A stretch of DNA of 64,000 bases from Amoebidium appalachense (lineage: Eukaryota; Protista; Ichthyosporea). The notes below the pieces were generated by a model, which worked only from the letters and a program-made list of their open reading frames with translations, searched no databases and had not been told where the DNA came from. Below, one piece after another: positions 1 through 14,925 of this stretch. The position numbers and the translations under genes were made by a program. Numbering within the stretch: the first letter of the stretch is position 1; the number at the start of each line of letters is the position of its first letter. The stretch is taken from NCBI GenBank assembly GCA_963693365.1, contig CAVNZM010000006.1:6179264-6243263 (forward strand), written 5' to 3'.

Positions 1-334
1 CCATCCTTACCCCCCCACAACATATATAGCTCACGTGACATGTCCTTAATAAACAGCACATTCCCCCCCCTTATATATATCGCCCATGATCGATGCCATG
101 CATGTTGAAGCTGCTGATTGATTGACAATGTGTTGACAGTGTCCGGAGGCCGGGAAGCGCTAGCTTGCTTTTGTTTTTCTCGTTAATAGGCCCAACATTT
201 ACCCTGAGGGGCGCGGGGGGAGGGCGGTTTGGGGGGCGAGGGGAGGGGGGGGGGGGGAGGGGAGGGGGGGGGGGGGGGAGGGGGGGGGGAAGGGGAAGAG
301 GGGGGGGGGGAGGGGAGGGGGGAAGGCCAGACAG

Positions 335-606
335 GACTTTCGTATGGTGCACGCATATTGGGCAAGGCCGGGTGAGAAGCCGTAGTACAGTGAAAATCGA
401 AGTGTCAAAATTTTTAAGGCAGCACGTAGAGGGTCTGGGTGGGCGAGCAGTTGGTTCTTCGCTTTCCCCCCCCTTTGTTCTTTCTCTCTTTCTCTCTTTC
501 ATATTTTTTCATTTCATTCCTCTTTTCTCTTGGAAGTATGGGGGAAGGGGGAGGGGGTTGGGGAGGAGCTATTAAAAAGGTTAAACGGAGACCCGATTGG
601 AAGGGA

Positions 607-650
<44 letters not shown>

Positions 651-1167
651 AGTATTTCAATTACGGTAAAGCGGTGCACGTATTTTAGACAGCTTTTGCC
701 TGCAGGCACCAGTGAAACCAGTGCCACTAGGTACAGGTGCATGACATCATGATGTGACGGGTGTGCGTGTGCGTGTGTATGTGTGTGTGTGTGTGATGAG
801 ACAGCTAGATTGTGTGTGTGCGTGTGTGTGTGCATGCATGCTTGTGCGTGCGTGCGTGTGCATGTGTATGTGTGTGTGCGTGTGTGTGTAGCGCGCGCAC
901 ACACCTATTATTAGTGTGTGTGTGTGTGTGTGTGTGTGTGACACTGTGTGTGTGTGAGCTGTGTGTGTGTGACACTGTGTGTATGTGAGCTGTGTGTGTG
1001 TGTGACACTGTGTGTATGTGAGCTGTGTGTGTGTGTGTGTGTGTGTGTTACGGTTTGTCGGTGGGGGGCTTGAGGGAGCAGGGGGACTCAGTTTGACAAA
1101 CAGGCCAGAAAGTGCAAGGAGCAAGGAGACCATCAATATTCTAGATCTTCCAATTGCAGCATTCTAA
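335..1167 (+). CDS. Tentative last exons of an unidentified gene entering from the left
   Basis: Phase-compatible AG/GT-bounded segments at 335-371, 706-745 region and 1104-1167 read ...DFRMVHAYWARPGTSETSATRPESARSKETINILDLPIAAF*. No family was recognised, so the splice join could be chance. Confidence 0.25.
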
Positions 1168-1255
1168 CACGTAGGTCAGCGAATGTTGCCGCAAATGCAT
1201 GTGGCCATGGAGTTGAACATAAGTCTCCCCCCCTCCCCCCCGGACACACACACAG

Positions 1256-1312
<57 letters not shown>

Positions 1313-1617
1313 CGTGTGTGTGTGTGTGTGGGAAAGGGACGAGGGAGGGGGGAAGGGGAGGTGGAGGGGGGGGGGGGGGGGCCTTGGATGTACATTTTCA
1401 TAATGTAGATCTATTGCGAGTTGATGTTGGGGAGCTTGCAGAGTAATACACAGAGCGACTCTACCTTTGCTCGGCAATTCTTTATCATTATCAGCATATG
1501 TATTTCGAATCGTGGCTTTACCAGTAAAGCACTCCCCAGTAACGACTAAACCACCGTATTTTCTCCTCTCTGTGAACCTGTGATCACATCTTTCTACGGG
1601 TGTGCCGAAACACGGTA

Positions 1618-1686
<69 letters not shown>

Positions 1687-1832
1687 TATATGCGTGTGTG
1701 TGTGTCTGTGTGTGTGTGCGTGTGACCCACAAGACTGAAATATCAAGACAGTTGGTGCGTGTGTGCATACACACAGACACACAAAATGCATCAACCAGGA
1801 TAATCGCACAAACAAAAAAAAAACGGACACCA

Positions 1833-1880
<48 letters not shown>

Positions 1881-1904
1881 CGCCCATCAATCAAACACGC
1901 ATTT

Positions 1905-2226
1905 TCAATGATCCAAAGATTCCTGCGACATTGCCCTGTACCCATCCGCCTTTTGACTCGCCGCGTCACGATTATTCATAATGATAGAGTAGACAGAGAG
2001 AGCGAGCGTCACTGCGTACATGCCACACGCCACCCAGCAATTCATAGCAACCTCCCCTCCTTTGCCCTTTTCAAAGTCGTGGTTCAGGCCGATGTTTTCT
2101 TGCTGGAAGAAAATACCCATCACTCCCTGAAGAGAGAAAGAAAGGAGAAAAGGAGGGGGAAACAGGGGAAAGGGGAAAGGGGAAAGGGGAAAGGGGAAAG
2201 GGGAAAGTGTGTGTGTGTGTGTGTGT

Positions 2227-2318
<92 letters not shown>

Positions 2319-2343
2319 CGCGCTTGTGTGGTGGTGGTGGTGG

Positions 2344-2435
<92 letters not shown>

Positions 2436-3522
2436 GCGTGCAAGTTGGTGTTGTGTGTGCATGGGTGGTGGTGGTGGGGGGGGGGGGGGGGGGGGGTTAG
2501 CCATGATGGTTAGGATAGGAAAAATGTGATACAAATACCAACACGTGACCCCCCCTCCCCCTCCCCCCGCCGCACGCAAACACACACACACACACACCAC
2601 CACCACCACCACCACCAAACACACACACACACACACACAAAAGAAAGAAAGAAACAAACGGGAAAAAAAAACAAAAAAAACAAAAACAAAAAAAACAACA
2701 AAAAAACAACAACAACGTACTACCACGACAAGAAAAAGCGAAAAGGAACCAAGAAAAAGAGGAGATCGAAGAAAAGCAGACTCGGCAGAAGAAGTGAGAA
2801 ATGAGAGTGGAGAGGACAATACTCCTACTTTTTTTTTGTTTTTGTTTTTTATATGTACACAATCTGTGTGCTTTAATATTGTATTCGCTTCGGAAGACTC
2901 GACAAAGTGCGAATGGGCAGGTGGGTATGAGTGTGGGACAAGGTACGTGTGCGACACAGACATGTACGTATGCATGGAGCCACACAAACGATACAAAGGG
3001 TGGAGCAACATGACAATCAAAAAACAAATTGAAGTTGCGTGTGGGCCCACATACGTTCGCGTTTGCATGTGGCTGTGCGTGTGCACGTGCACTGCGTGAG
3101 TGTGTTTGTGTTTTTATTTATTTTTTATTTTTATTTATTATTTATTATTAATATTAATATTATTATTATTATTTGGGGGGGGGGGGGGGGGAGTGAATGC
3201 GTCATAAAGTACGAAGTACACATGAACAACGGATAACACGATGCAGAGTGCAAACCATACATAAAGAGTATGCATAATAAGTAGAGCCCACCCTCCGGGA
3301 GGGGAGGGGGGGCACCCCGTGACGACATGTGCCTAAATCACATTGTAAATTCCTTTCCACCGACGGTTTCAGCAGTGTCCTTAGTTCAACCCCCCCCCCC
3401 CCCCCCCCCCAAACACACACACACACACCCACACCCACACTCACACCGCACCCAACCCACCCTGACAAACAATTATGCACATCGGGACTGCAATCAAATT
3501 ATAAAAGAACCCGAGGAAGGAG

Positions 3523-3578
<56 letters not shown>

Positions 3579-3968
3579 TCCCAAAAACAAAAACAACACC
3601 AAAACCACAAATCTCACGTTCATACCACAACCACCGTGCGGGAGAAACTTCACATAAAAGTTTATCAGACACAGACAGAGGCACGCACACACGCACGCCC
3701 ACGCCCACGCCCACGCACACACACACACTGGGAGGCACCATAGATTTGCCATAGTAGGTCCACCTTGTCCTACAAGAACAACAATACAGCAACACGCACA
3801 ACCGCATACCAATAGCAAAAAGCACGGGTTAAAAAGATTACGATGTGTGTGAATTGCAGGCACACACGCGCATAGGTCAGGATCAGGATCACTTGAATGA
3901 AAGGGTGTGTGCAATGAGGCGGGCAAGTGTGCATGTGCAGGCTTATCTCAATGTGTGTGTGAGTATGT

Positions 3969-3999
<31 letters not shown>

Positions 4000-4123
4000 G
4001 GGGGGGGGGGAGGGGGGGGGGGGTTTTGAATGCGTCAAAAAGTACGAAGTACACAAGAACAAACGGATAACAGGGGGGAGGGGGGGGGTATTTGTGTATG
4101 GTGGTGGTGGTGGTGGTGGTGGT

Positions 4124-4166
<43 letters not shown>

Positions 4167-4228
4167 TGGTGGTGGTGGTGGTGGTGGTGAGGCATATTTG
4201 TGCATGGTGGTGGTGGTGGTGTGTGTGT

Positions 4229-4291
<63 letters not shown>

Positions 4292-4623
4292 GAGAGAGAA
4301 AGGGAAACGACAAGGGTGTCAACACATTTCAACCTTCAACACAAACGAGATTCAGTAATGGAAGTATCAAATGTTCCATCTACCAGCAAACAGCCCACAC
4401 TCCCCCCTCTCCCTCCTCCCCTCCCCTCCACACACACCCACACACATACACCCACCCACCCACCCACCCACAACTCCTAAAAGAAGGGAAAAAAAAAAAA
4501 AAAAAAAAAAAAAAAACTACCGCCAAAAAATTTACCTGCACGAACCTACACGACGATACGTGCAATAGAAGAGAGGAGCCCGATGCAGAGAAAACAAAAG
4601 GCTGGGAAGAGTGAAAAGGGAGC

Positions 4624-4662
<39 letters not shown>

Positions 4663-4689
4663 CCAGACGAGAGCACCAAAGAGAGAGAG

Positions 4690-4731
<42 letters not shown>

Positions 4732-4961
4732 GGAACCAAAAGAGATAAGGAAACAAGAAGGAGGATAAAGGGGGCCATAAAAGGAAACAAAGAACACACA
4801 CACACACACAGACACAGACACACAGACACACAGACACACACAGACACACACAGACACAGACATGTATATATGAATAAAGAGTAACATACCAGCTGGATGA
4901 TGGCCCAGATGCTGATGACAAGGCAGCAGTTGGCGCAGCCGGATCCACAGTAGAACTTCAT
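1905..4961 (-). CDS. RNASEK: Ribonuclease kappa / V-ATPase subunit f homolog, 97 aa, 2 coding exons
   Basis: Exon 4961-4890 ([24 protein letters not shown], donor GTATGT) joins exon 2126-1905 ([14 protein letters not shown]...[23 protein letters not shown]...*) in phase 0. The CG..C..CC..ISIW.IIQL..MG.FF and NC..A..Y motifs, two TM helices and the length match the RNASEK family. A 5'UTR intron is likely (acceptor at 4971, candidate donor near 6293). Confidence 0.9.
3193..3300 (-). mobile_element. Degenerate relative of the structured repeat in the RNASEK intron (second fragment at 4024-4072)
   Basis: Reverse complement contains GGGCTCTACTTATTATGCATAC...GTACTTCGTAC...CGCATTCAC followed by poly(C). 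Confidence 0.55.
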
Positions 4962-4968
4962 TTTGGCT

Positions 4969-5019
<51 letters not shown>

Positions 5020-5057
5020 CCTGTGGGTGGGTGGGTGTGCACGAAACTTTGCTCGGA

Positions 5058-5088
<31 letters not shown>

Positions 5089-6829
5089 GGGGGAGTGGGG
5101 GGGGGAAGCAGGAGGCAAGTTCCACTCTCCGTTTCTAACACGTGTAAAAAACCAAGAAAGAAGATTCAAAGGGAAAACTTGATGGTATGTTACGTTCATA
5201 AGTTCACCCGAGTCGTGCCTGCCTCTAGGAACATGCCGCCAAAGATGATGTGGTGTTCTTTTACGTTTGAGCCCAGGTGTATGCAATTTTGTCTACAAGT
5301 GCAAGCAGACCAATAATATTCGTCACCTGGTAGCTGTTAGCAGGCTTGTGCTGTTACTTGAATGCTGTATGCATTGCTGAAGTGCTAAATCGACCCCTAC
5401 TTTTCCACGCACCACTCAAGTTGACCCCTCCCCTTATCTTTCAGCCTCAAGCCTCTCAATACCTTATAAATATTCCATACTCACCTGCAAGCGCGCACAC
5501 AAGCACAAGAGCACTACACAGAGAGACAGACCGGCATACCCACAAAAAAAAATAACACTCAAGCTGGGGTGGGGGTGCGCGCATGACAGGTCTGGCAAAC
5601 AACCATGATCTTCTTCGAGACTACAACTTGGAGGGCAAATGTGACAAAGTTTCCAAACTAGAGACACGGGTGGAGGCCACCTCACCTTCAACCAAAAAAA
5701 AAAAAGGCTGGGAAGGAGCTGTGTGGGCTGACAAAATCAAGCCTTGTAGCGTCTGTTGCGTGGCAGAAATGACATAAATTTTCATCCAAGGGACATACTA
5801 GGACAAAGATAACAGGTGGCCTAACATCCAACAACAGCACGAGTATTCTAGTGGCTACGTGTAGGTAGGCTGTTTTGAGCATCTAAAAGCATGTAGAGTA
5901 AGCACAGCTCCGCAGAAAAAGGGACGAGGAGTAGAAGTTAGGACGACCGAACCCCCGCCCTCCCCTTCCGCCCCTACCCACAGACACCTTCCCTCCTCCC
6001 CTTCTCCTTCCCCAATCCCTAGCCTCCCTTCACCCCCGTCCATTCCTACTCCTCCGCACCACCCCCACAACCCCGCCTCGCCCCACCCTTCGCCACCATC
6101 CCTCTTTTGCAGCTCTCAGCGCTTATCTGCCTGCCCGCCCTCCTCTGTGCCTTCGCTCTCCTTACCCGTGGCTTAGCCCAAGCAACCGCGTTTACAGCGT
6201 GAAATACATACAGCTACTCCTGTCGTATATCACCAGAAGCATGGACAACAAGTGGGCAAAAAAAAAAAAAAAGAGAGACCATCCGAAACATACCGTGTCA
6301 GGCTGAGATGATAGGTCGTGGCATACGTGATTTCCTGGAAACGGATCACAGGAGATCTACCGTCACAGGTCCTTAGGAAAGCAGCCGCTATTCTCTAAGT
6401 ATTATGTACATTAAGTTCCCCCAGGCTTTCTCTTTCAGAATTATCACTAGCATGTCCGAAAGATTTCACAATTCAGAGATTCACGTTTCGTGGACGGACG
6501 TTCAAAAGTTTCAAATTTGAAGGTGCTGCTCCAAACTGAGATGGCAAGTTGCCATTTTGGGCAACAAAAATTCGAAATGCCCAAAATAGGTTCGCGCCAA
6601 ACATCAACATTTTGATTCGCTTTTAGTCAGGTAGAATAAAAGCCGGTATTCGCGTGAGCTACCAGAACTCCGGCGACAAAGGTGCATTTCTGCATGGAGC
6701 AATATGAGCCAATCACAGGTGGATTGGCTATAGCGCTACACATTCCTCCCCCTCCCCTCCCCAGCCCCATAGCCTTTAGGCCCCGCCGACACCGTGGTGG
6801 CACAGCGACGCACACAGACATGTACACAC

Positions 6830-6869
<40 letters not shown>

Positions 6870-7495
6870 CGTGACACTGGCACACACGCACACACGCACA
6901 CACACACACACGGCCTGAGACGTCCGGCGACGGCCTTCCGGCCCCCTTCCCCCCCCCCCCCCCCCACACACAGATTCATACACGAGTGGTACCGTGACAG
7001 CTGTGCACGTGAAATGTACCCATGCCTGCGCATGCATGGCAGATGCAGCAGCAGCAGCCTCCACGCGTGTTGCGTACCCAAGTCGGCGAGCTCGAGCCTA
7101 AGGGGACAATAATAAACAGCAATTGCGATGGCCATGGCCAAGTTCTGTGGTCGCTTTGATAGTCAGTGACCTACCATACGAAGCAGTGCAAAAGCCTATT
7201 TGCGCCGGGCGTAGAGTACTATTATGGCAACGGTGGGTCGATGTTGCGGCAGGGCAACACCCGTACCCTGGCCAGCATGAATGCAGTGATGCAGTGTGTG
7301 CATGTGACTATGTACGCTCGCGGATAAGAAGTGTGTTATAGTGCAATGTGTGTGTGTTGGGGGGAGCCTCGGAGGGGGGGGGGGTAGATTGCGCAACACA
7401 GCACAGCGTACGGACGCATATGAACAACACAACACAAGTTTGTGTGTTGGGTTAATTTTCTTGTTCGTGTGTGCACGTGCATGCGCGCGTTCATT

Positions 7496-7537
<42 letters not shown>

Positions 7538-7551
7538 TTTGTTTTGTGTTT

Positions 7552-7596
<45 letters not shown>

Positions 7597-7810
7597 TCAA
7601 GCAGTCCAAGGCAAATATCATGGATCGACTCCCGATGCGGCAACCCGTTGGTCAGCCCTTCACCCACTTCACCCGCGCCAGCTACAGGGACCCAAGCCAC
7701 CGTTGCCACACTAGTAAATAGGGTGTTTCTTTAATTTTTCATAGTGTTAAAGCAACACCCACATGGGCACCGCATCATCTAACCGACGAAGTCATGTTGA
7801 GAAAGCCGGT

Positions 7811-8177
7811 TTAGTGGCCACCGTGGGCGGCGCCGTGGGGGTTGAGGTACCCTGCAAGTAAACAAAAGCCGTAAGTATCTCTGAATGTAACAGATGGCTG
7901 TCAATATCTAATCGAAAAACATAGGTGGCTATAAATATCTCTAGAATATATCATGTGACAGGGTGGCCATGAGTATCTCTCTGAATAATATGGGCGGCCG
8001 TAAATATCTTGAATGATACAATACCATTTGTTCTGGCCCACTGTAACCATAATTACACACACACACACACACACACACACCAAAAAAGAAGAAAAAAAAA
8101 TGATGTCAAAAGCAAACGAGGAAGAAGACCAAACACGTGTGTGGCTTGGAGGGGGAAGAGAGGAAGAGAGGAAGAGA

Positions 8178-8223
<46 letters not shown>

Positions 8224-8543
8224 TGCAGCCTGCAGATTAGGCACGTAACATGCCACATGCATCACTCGTGCTACAAACACGGCAAGGGTGAGGGAGAAAG
8301 CGGAAACACCGGAAGAACGTAGTGTGTGTGGGTGGGTGTGTGCGTGTATAAATGTAAGCAACAAAAAAGGAGACATTGAAGGGAAGAAGACGTGGCGAGA
8401 GGGTTTTTACAGTGCCACCACACAACGTACACGTTCACTATGAGTTAAGTAATGCTGTGTATGCTAAAAAGGAGACAGGCACGAGCATAAGTAGAAACAA
8501 TTCCGGGGAGAGGGGGGGGGGGGGGGGGAGAGGCCAACAGAGC

Positions 8544-8611
<68 letters not shown>

Positions 8612-10167
8612 AAGAAGGCAGGGAGGGAGGGGGGGGGGGGGGGGGGGAGGGTGCACAGTTCAAACTACATACGATAGTGTAAAGTAGGCATGCAACAAAG
8701 AACGGACACACACACACACACAAACACACACAAAAAAAAAAAGTGTGTGTGTGTGTTTTAGTGTGTGTGTGCGTGTGTGTGTGTGTGTGGGGTGGGGGGG
8801 GGGGGGGGGGGGGGGAGATGCAGTCACAACACACAACACAACAAACACACGAGCTGAAAAGTCAGGGGAGAAAACTTACTCGAGTTGGCCTTGGCCTCCT
8901 CTGCAGTGCGGAAACGTCCAGAAAGGAGCGGGGGAGAAGGGGGTAAAGTTAGCTTTCACCTCGATGAAATATGTATCTATTGCCTACTGAAGCACTACAG
9001 TAAACGGGTATTATTACCCAATGAATAAAAAGCACTAAAACAGCCATAGCTAATATGGCATAATCTCTAAACCATATTATTCAAATGAAACTCTCCTTTT
9101 GCCTTCTAACCTCAACTCTCAACTCGTGTTCCCATGTCGAAAACCTTCCTAGCTTTCTACACACACGCATACAAAATCGCTGCTGCACACGAGTGCAACA
9201 AATTTGCTCACCCACCACGAAACCAAATCAACACATCCCTGTCTCCGGATAGCCGTATCCCTCAAATGTTTTCATCTCCAAGTCTCCATACCTCCGCACA
9301 AAAAGCACCCTATCTCTTGCAGGCAGAAACACGAACCACGTGCCCACAAAGAGAATCCTTCCTTCGGGCAAAAAAAAAGGGAAAGAGGTTTATTGAGCTA
9401 ACTGAAATAGAAGGGCATAAACTTGTGTATGTGTGCATGTGTGTGGGTATCAGCCATGCATACTTCAATAAGAGTAGAGCCACTAATCAAGGGATCTTGT
9501 GTCTAGCCAGACCAAGTATGTCGGTGTACCCTGTTTGTTTGCATACACACATTCTAGCAAATTTCCATGTGCCATGACCCTCCGGGTCGTGAGAATCCTA
9601 TTCCACCCTTCGAACATCTATTAGAGAGAGGGAATGCGCATGCCAAAATGTGTTCGTCGATGCCACAGGTGGGTATGTGTGCATGTGTGTGTGTGTGTGT
9701 GTATGTGTGTCGTGTAAGTGAACTGCCAGACCAAGCAACATGGAAAACTCACCGGAGACGGGGATGCGGTAGACGAGGGCACCAACAATGGCGAACCCTG
9801 TTAGTAATCCCAGTTAGCATGTGGCACTCACACATTGCAGATGTCCTCTGCCCCCCCCCTTTCCAAAAAGGTCTTTTTCTTTCCCAGACGATTCCATAAG
9901 TACCTCCTCCCCCCTCCCCCTTCCCCCCCGCCACCTCCACCAAAAACCCTGGCCATCCTCCCCTCTACAAAAAAAAACAAGAAAGACGAGAAAACACTTC
10001 CTTTTAAGAAACAGATTCACGATTAACCTCAGCCAAAGAAACATCAGATAAAATTAAGAAATTTTAGCTACTTGTGGGGGCTTTACAAATGAATATGGAT
10101 GGGAAAACCTACCTGCGATGAACTCCTTGAGCTGCCAGACACCGGCGACAATGCGTGCGTTGGACAT
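7811..10167 (-). CDS. Mitochondrial ATP synthase small subunit (subunit j / 6.8PL / plant 6-kDa-like), 53 aa, 4 micro-exons
   Basis: Exons 10167-10113, 9797-9753, 8900-8880 and 7851-7811 are all joined in phase 1. Donors are GTAGGT/GTGAGT/GTAAGT and acceptors are CAG, with TACTAAC directly before exon 2. The product is MSNARIVAGVWQLKEFIAGFAIVGALVYRIPVSEEAKANSRYLNPHGAAHGGH*. The single TM helix plus EE...NS.Y.NP resembles plant 6-kDa and fungal Atp18 subunits (recalled similarity). Confidence 0.8.
7868..8015. repeat. Degenerate ~30-38 bp period minisatellite in an intron
   Basis: Five copies of GCYRTRARTATCT(CT)GAAT start near 7868, 7897, 7928, 7966 and 7997. Confidence 0.65.
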
Positions 10168-10180
10168 GGTGTCGTTTAAG

Positions 10181-10223
<43 letters not shown>

Positions 10224-10999
10224 CGCGTGTGCACGTTTCGCAAGGCAAAGTCTGTGTTTAAGAGAAGCGTCTTCTGCGAAGGTGTGGGTGGGAGGGAGGG
10301 GGAGGAGGGGGTGGGAGTGGAGAGACGGTAGGGAGGGGAGAAGGAGTGAGCTGTGAACCATGCCATCATCCGTACACAACCAGGGAAGCGAGGAGACCGG
10401 TAAGTCAATCTAGACAGGCGCAAACAAACAAGACAGTAAGGGTAGAAGCAATATTGCCAACGACCCTTTGACCCATGTTTGCACAAAACCTGGCAACCAT
10501 GCAGCGCCTACTGCACCGCCAAAAGAAACAACCAGGAACCTCAGGCAGGGTCCATCATGCCCGCCACAACGCTCTTCGCTTGCTGCTATTTGGCCCGTTT
10601 CATACAGAAAAGAGGAAGAGCGAGACTTCTTATGCACTGGCCCAATTGTTCCCTATGGCTGTGGATCGGCTCGGCTCATCTTACATCCTCCCTCCTAGGT
10701 CGGTTTCAAATGTAGTCAAAAAACTAAATTGTGCAATCCCTTAAAACGTGGATATGTGTAGACTCCGTTCTCCTTCAGTCTCGAAGTCCCCTTTCACTCG
10801 CTCGCGCAAGAAACACCACCTCGCTCTCGCAAGAACACTACCCGAAGCACAGCACCAAAAAAAACAAACAGAAAACCTATAGAGCACTAAACAAACAGGA
10901 CAAGCAGCCTATGTCCGAACCTGCCACTTCCTCGACCCTAAAAAACTGCTTACCAAAAGCTTGGAGCTAGGGTGAACAAGGAGGTGTTGAAAGGATCTT

Positions 11000-11645
11000 C
11001 CTGTTGCCTTCACTTTTACCTGCAAAACAGAGGTCTGCGGAGCGCGCGCTGCCCGGGCCCGCGGCGTGGCGGTCCTGTCTGATGGCGGACACACGAGGCT
11101 TGTATTGGAGATGAACCATTGGATCAAAAAGAATTACTAAAAACTAATGCTTTATAGTGTAGGTGGTAAAAGGTTTATGTATGAGGATTACATACAAAAA
11201 ATCTGACCACCAAAGACAAAAATATAAATAATTACATTTGAAGGTTATGTCGTTCTGTTGTGGATTCTGACAGCTCTGCAACGCATGGGGCGTTTCTCTA
11301 TGTACTCTTTGACATGCCGACTTTTTAAAATCAGCGAGCTACCTGTCGCGATTGAGATTCTACCCTTCTATTGGATTAATATCACTTGCTGCCCATGACC
11401 GATTTTTTCCGTGCCACAGTCACAGCCTGCTGGCAGCCACGGAGTACACGTGCACATGCACACACGAACACCGTTCTAAGGCTGCTAGCTGAACCCAAAG
11501 TCTCCGGCTCTTTAGCCTGCCTGTTCTTGGCAAGAATAGAGCAATAGTTTTCCTCACGGTTATTTTACAGGCAAAAAGAGTTATCGTTTCAAAGTAAAGT
11601 TAGCTTAGCTACTTGGTGGTTAGATCCACAGAAAAGAGGGCAAAG
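11000..11645. promoter_or_regulatory. Probable bidirectional promoter between the ATP synthase subunit gene (-) and TSR1 (+)
   Basis: Microsatellite-free spacer between head-to-head genes, with ATTGG/CCAAT boxes near 11104, 11118 and 11370. Confidence 0.45.
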
Positions 11646-12525
11646 ATGGGGCCACAAGATCACCATCACCGTTCGTCCTGGCTTAAGCAGAAGAACAAGG
11701 AGCATAAGCATGGAAAGTACAAGAGCAAGGGAGAAATGGACGAGATGATGAAAGGTGCGTGCGGTTCAGTCACAGCATGGCTGATGGGGGCGGAATGGAG
11801 GGAGTTGGGGCTGAGAGGGAACGGTTTGCTGTTTCCGTACACATGCTTGTGCCTCACTTGTCTGCGAAATGGCACACGTGCGTTGCTCTTCGTTTGCCGA
11901 TAAACACAAACACATATATGCAAGCACATACATGCATCCGCGCACATGCACAACCACACACATACAAACCCATATTTACAATCTCCCCCCCCCTCCCCCC
12001 CTCCCTCCCCCCCCCCCAACCCTCTCTCCCCCAGACCCTTCCTGTAGCGCAACCATACACACACACAGAAACACATTGTACACACCGGCTCATACATGCG
12101 CACTTCATACACAGCGCTCTCTCAACAATACTTTGCATTTTGGTTACTCATACAATATAAAGGCACCAAAGATCCAGACACGCTGCAGTTGGTGTGTGCC
12201 TGCCAGACATGCTCGACGCACAAGCGGCCATGCCTGCACACACAAACACTTACGCCCGCGCACACACACACTGACACATATGAGCACCCCACGCATCTGG
12301 GTGCTCACGCGCGCTTTGAACGCTTTTATCAGGAGCCATATATACGCATGTTCACCCACGCCACACAGACACACACGTGCGCACCAGCTCACAAGCCAAG
12401 CTCACGCACTTTTTCAGCCATACGGGCACACCCCGCTACCTTCTTTGACCTTCGCTGTTTTGTCCGATGGTCTCCTTTACACCACTTATATCAACTAAAC
12501 AAGAGAAAAGAGGGGAACAGAGCCA

Positions 12526-12595
<70 letters not shown>

Positions 12596-13161
12596 CTTCC
12601 TTTCCCCAAAACAGGCTAGATACACCTTACCTTTCAACTGCCATGTCCTTTTATGCCAACTCAGCTCGCTACACAAATCTCCGTGATAGGACTCCTTGAG
12701 AGGACCGCCTAGCACTGCCTGCTAAACGAAATTTGCTCTAAACAGTACATAAAACCCCATTAACACCCTTATTTCCCGTGGTGCAGGTAAGGTGACAAAA
12801 GGTGCGCTTGGGCACAAAAACAGGCACGAGACGAACAAGATGCAGCGAAAGAATCGCGCCAAGCAGCTGAGGGAGATGAAGAGGGCCGAGCTGGTGGCTC
12901 AGCACCGTCGCATTGGTGGGAGCAGCGGGGCACCACAGGTCGTGGTACGTGCAAAAAAAAAAAAAACCCCCCTCGCTTTTCTAGTTCTTTTTTTTTTTGT
13001 TTGTTTGTTTTTTTGTGTGTGGAGTTTAACGGGGGGAGAGGGAGGGGCGGGATGGAGGTGGGGGAAGGGGGGGCGGGGGGAGAGGGGCAAGGAGAGAGGT
13101 GTGGTGGAGAGGGGAGAGGGGAGAGGGGGGGAAGTGGGTTACTGTGGAGTGGGGAGTTCCC

Positions 13162-13200
<39 letters not shown>

Positions 13201-13301
13201 CTGGTGATGGTATTGGTGGTGTGTGTGTTGTTGGAGAAGGCGGAAGGGGGGAGAGGGGGAAGGGAAGGGGGGAAAGGGATTTGGGGACGATGGGCGGGGC
13301 T

Positions 13302-13340
<39 letters not shown>

Positions 13341-13538
13341 ATCTTTTTTTTGCTGGTGAAGGGGTGACCAGGGGGAGAAAAGCTGGGAAGGGGGAGGATG
13401 GGTGGGGGGGGGGGGGGGGGGGGAGGGGGAGGGGAAGGAGGGGAGGATAACATGTGAGGGCGAAGAGGGCTAAAAGATTCATTAAAATTGGCTGCAGCTG
13501 TTGTGGTCGTATGTGTGTAGGGGTCTGTGTGTGCGTGT

Positions 13539-13585
<47 letters not shown>

Positions 13586-14173
13586 GACGGGGAGGCTTCA
13601 GGCTTGAGGTGGTTGTGCATGCGAATGGTCTTGGAGACAGGATTTGAGCAGACGGGCAAGACATGCATATGCATGCAGGTGAATTCGTCGGAGATACGCC
13701 ATACTGTGCGCTCATTAGGTTTTCTGATCTTTCAACTCGCCCCTTCCCCCCTCCCCCTCCCCCCTTCCCCCCCGGCACACACACACGACCACCACCCACC
13801 CCCATCCCTATCTCTTCTCCCCCCTCCCCCCCCCCCTTTTTTTCCTCTCTCCCTCCCCACCAATGCCCCCGTTGATGCTGCTGTCTGAGTTGGAGTGTCG
13901 TATATACGCGGGCTAAGGGGTCGAAACTCAGACGCAATTGATGACTTGGGTCCTCCCTGAGGATGGGCTCTGCTTATGACGCATACTGTGCACATGGCTG
14001 ATGTTGCATACTTGAATGTTTGCCTTTGCATGTGTCCTGCACCATGCTTCTCGTCGTGTATGCGTACTTTGTACCGTGTTCCGCATTCAAACCCCCCCCC
14101 CCCCCCCCCCCCCGTCCCCCCGGCCCCTCATCTCTCTCTCTTTCTTTCTCTCCCTCTCTCTCTCTCTCTCCCT

Positions 14174-14247
<74 letters not shown>

Positions 14248-14890
14248 CCCCTCCCGGGCCTCACCATCCCCGTTTCTTCGTTTTTTGATCCAAAACAGGG
14301 AATCGTGCCCTTGTGTTCGGATTCGAACGTTCGCAGCGTACGGCAGGTTCTGCAGCGGGCATGCATGGAAGGAGCAGACCCGGAAATTTCGACGCAGATC
14401 GAATCTCAGATCAATCAGGATGGCCCGATTACGTGTGTTGCCCAGAGGCTAAAGACCAGAATGACGATTTTGGAGGCGCCTAGGGACGTGCTCGGTGTGC
14501 TGGATGTGGTTAAGGTGGGTTTATGGGGTATGGGTGTGTACTTATACTGGTATGAATGTCATATTGGCATGCATGGCTTCCTGCCTGTATTCAGAATGCG
14601 CGGGGAGAAGGAGGGCAGACTGAGGAGGGGGGGGGGGGGGGGGTAAATACGGAATGGAGGATGAGGTTGTGTTTGAGCCGATATATGGCCAGTGTGGGTG
14701 CTCAGCATTTTGATTGGGCGATTATCAGCAAAGGGACACAAGTGTTGAACAGCTGATGCCTGCAGGCTGGCGCATACAGACATACACGACAGGCACACGT
14801 TTAAATGCATGCAGGAACGTGCACGGGGGCGCGGACACACACACTCACACGCACAAAGAGAGATAGAGATAGAGAGAGCGAAAAGGAGAG

Positions 14891-14925
<35 letters not shown>

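Noticed and set aside
7123-7734. Short complex segments that might be exons
   Set aside because: No consistent splice chain or recognisable product could be built.
7868-8015. CRISPR-like repeat/spacer appearance
   Set aside because: The repeats are degenerate, the spacers are only ~10-18 nt, the context is a eukaryotic intron, and there are no cas genes.
10113-10167. GVWQLK suggesting mitochondrial ribosomal protein mL43
   Set aside because: The downstream exons give a TM helix and a 53-aa product, without the mL43 YC..GSSRG motif.
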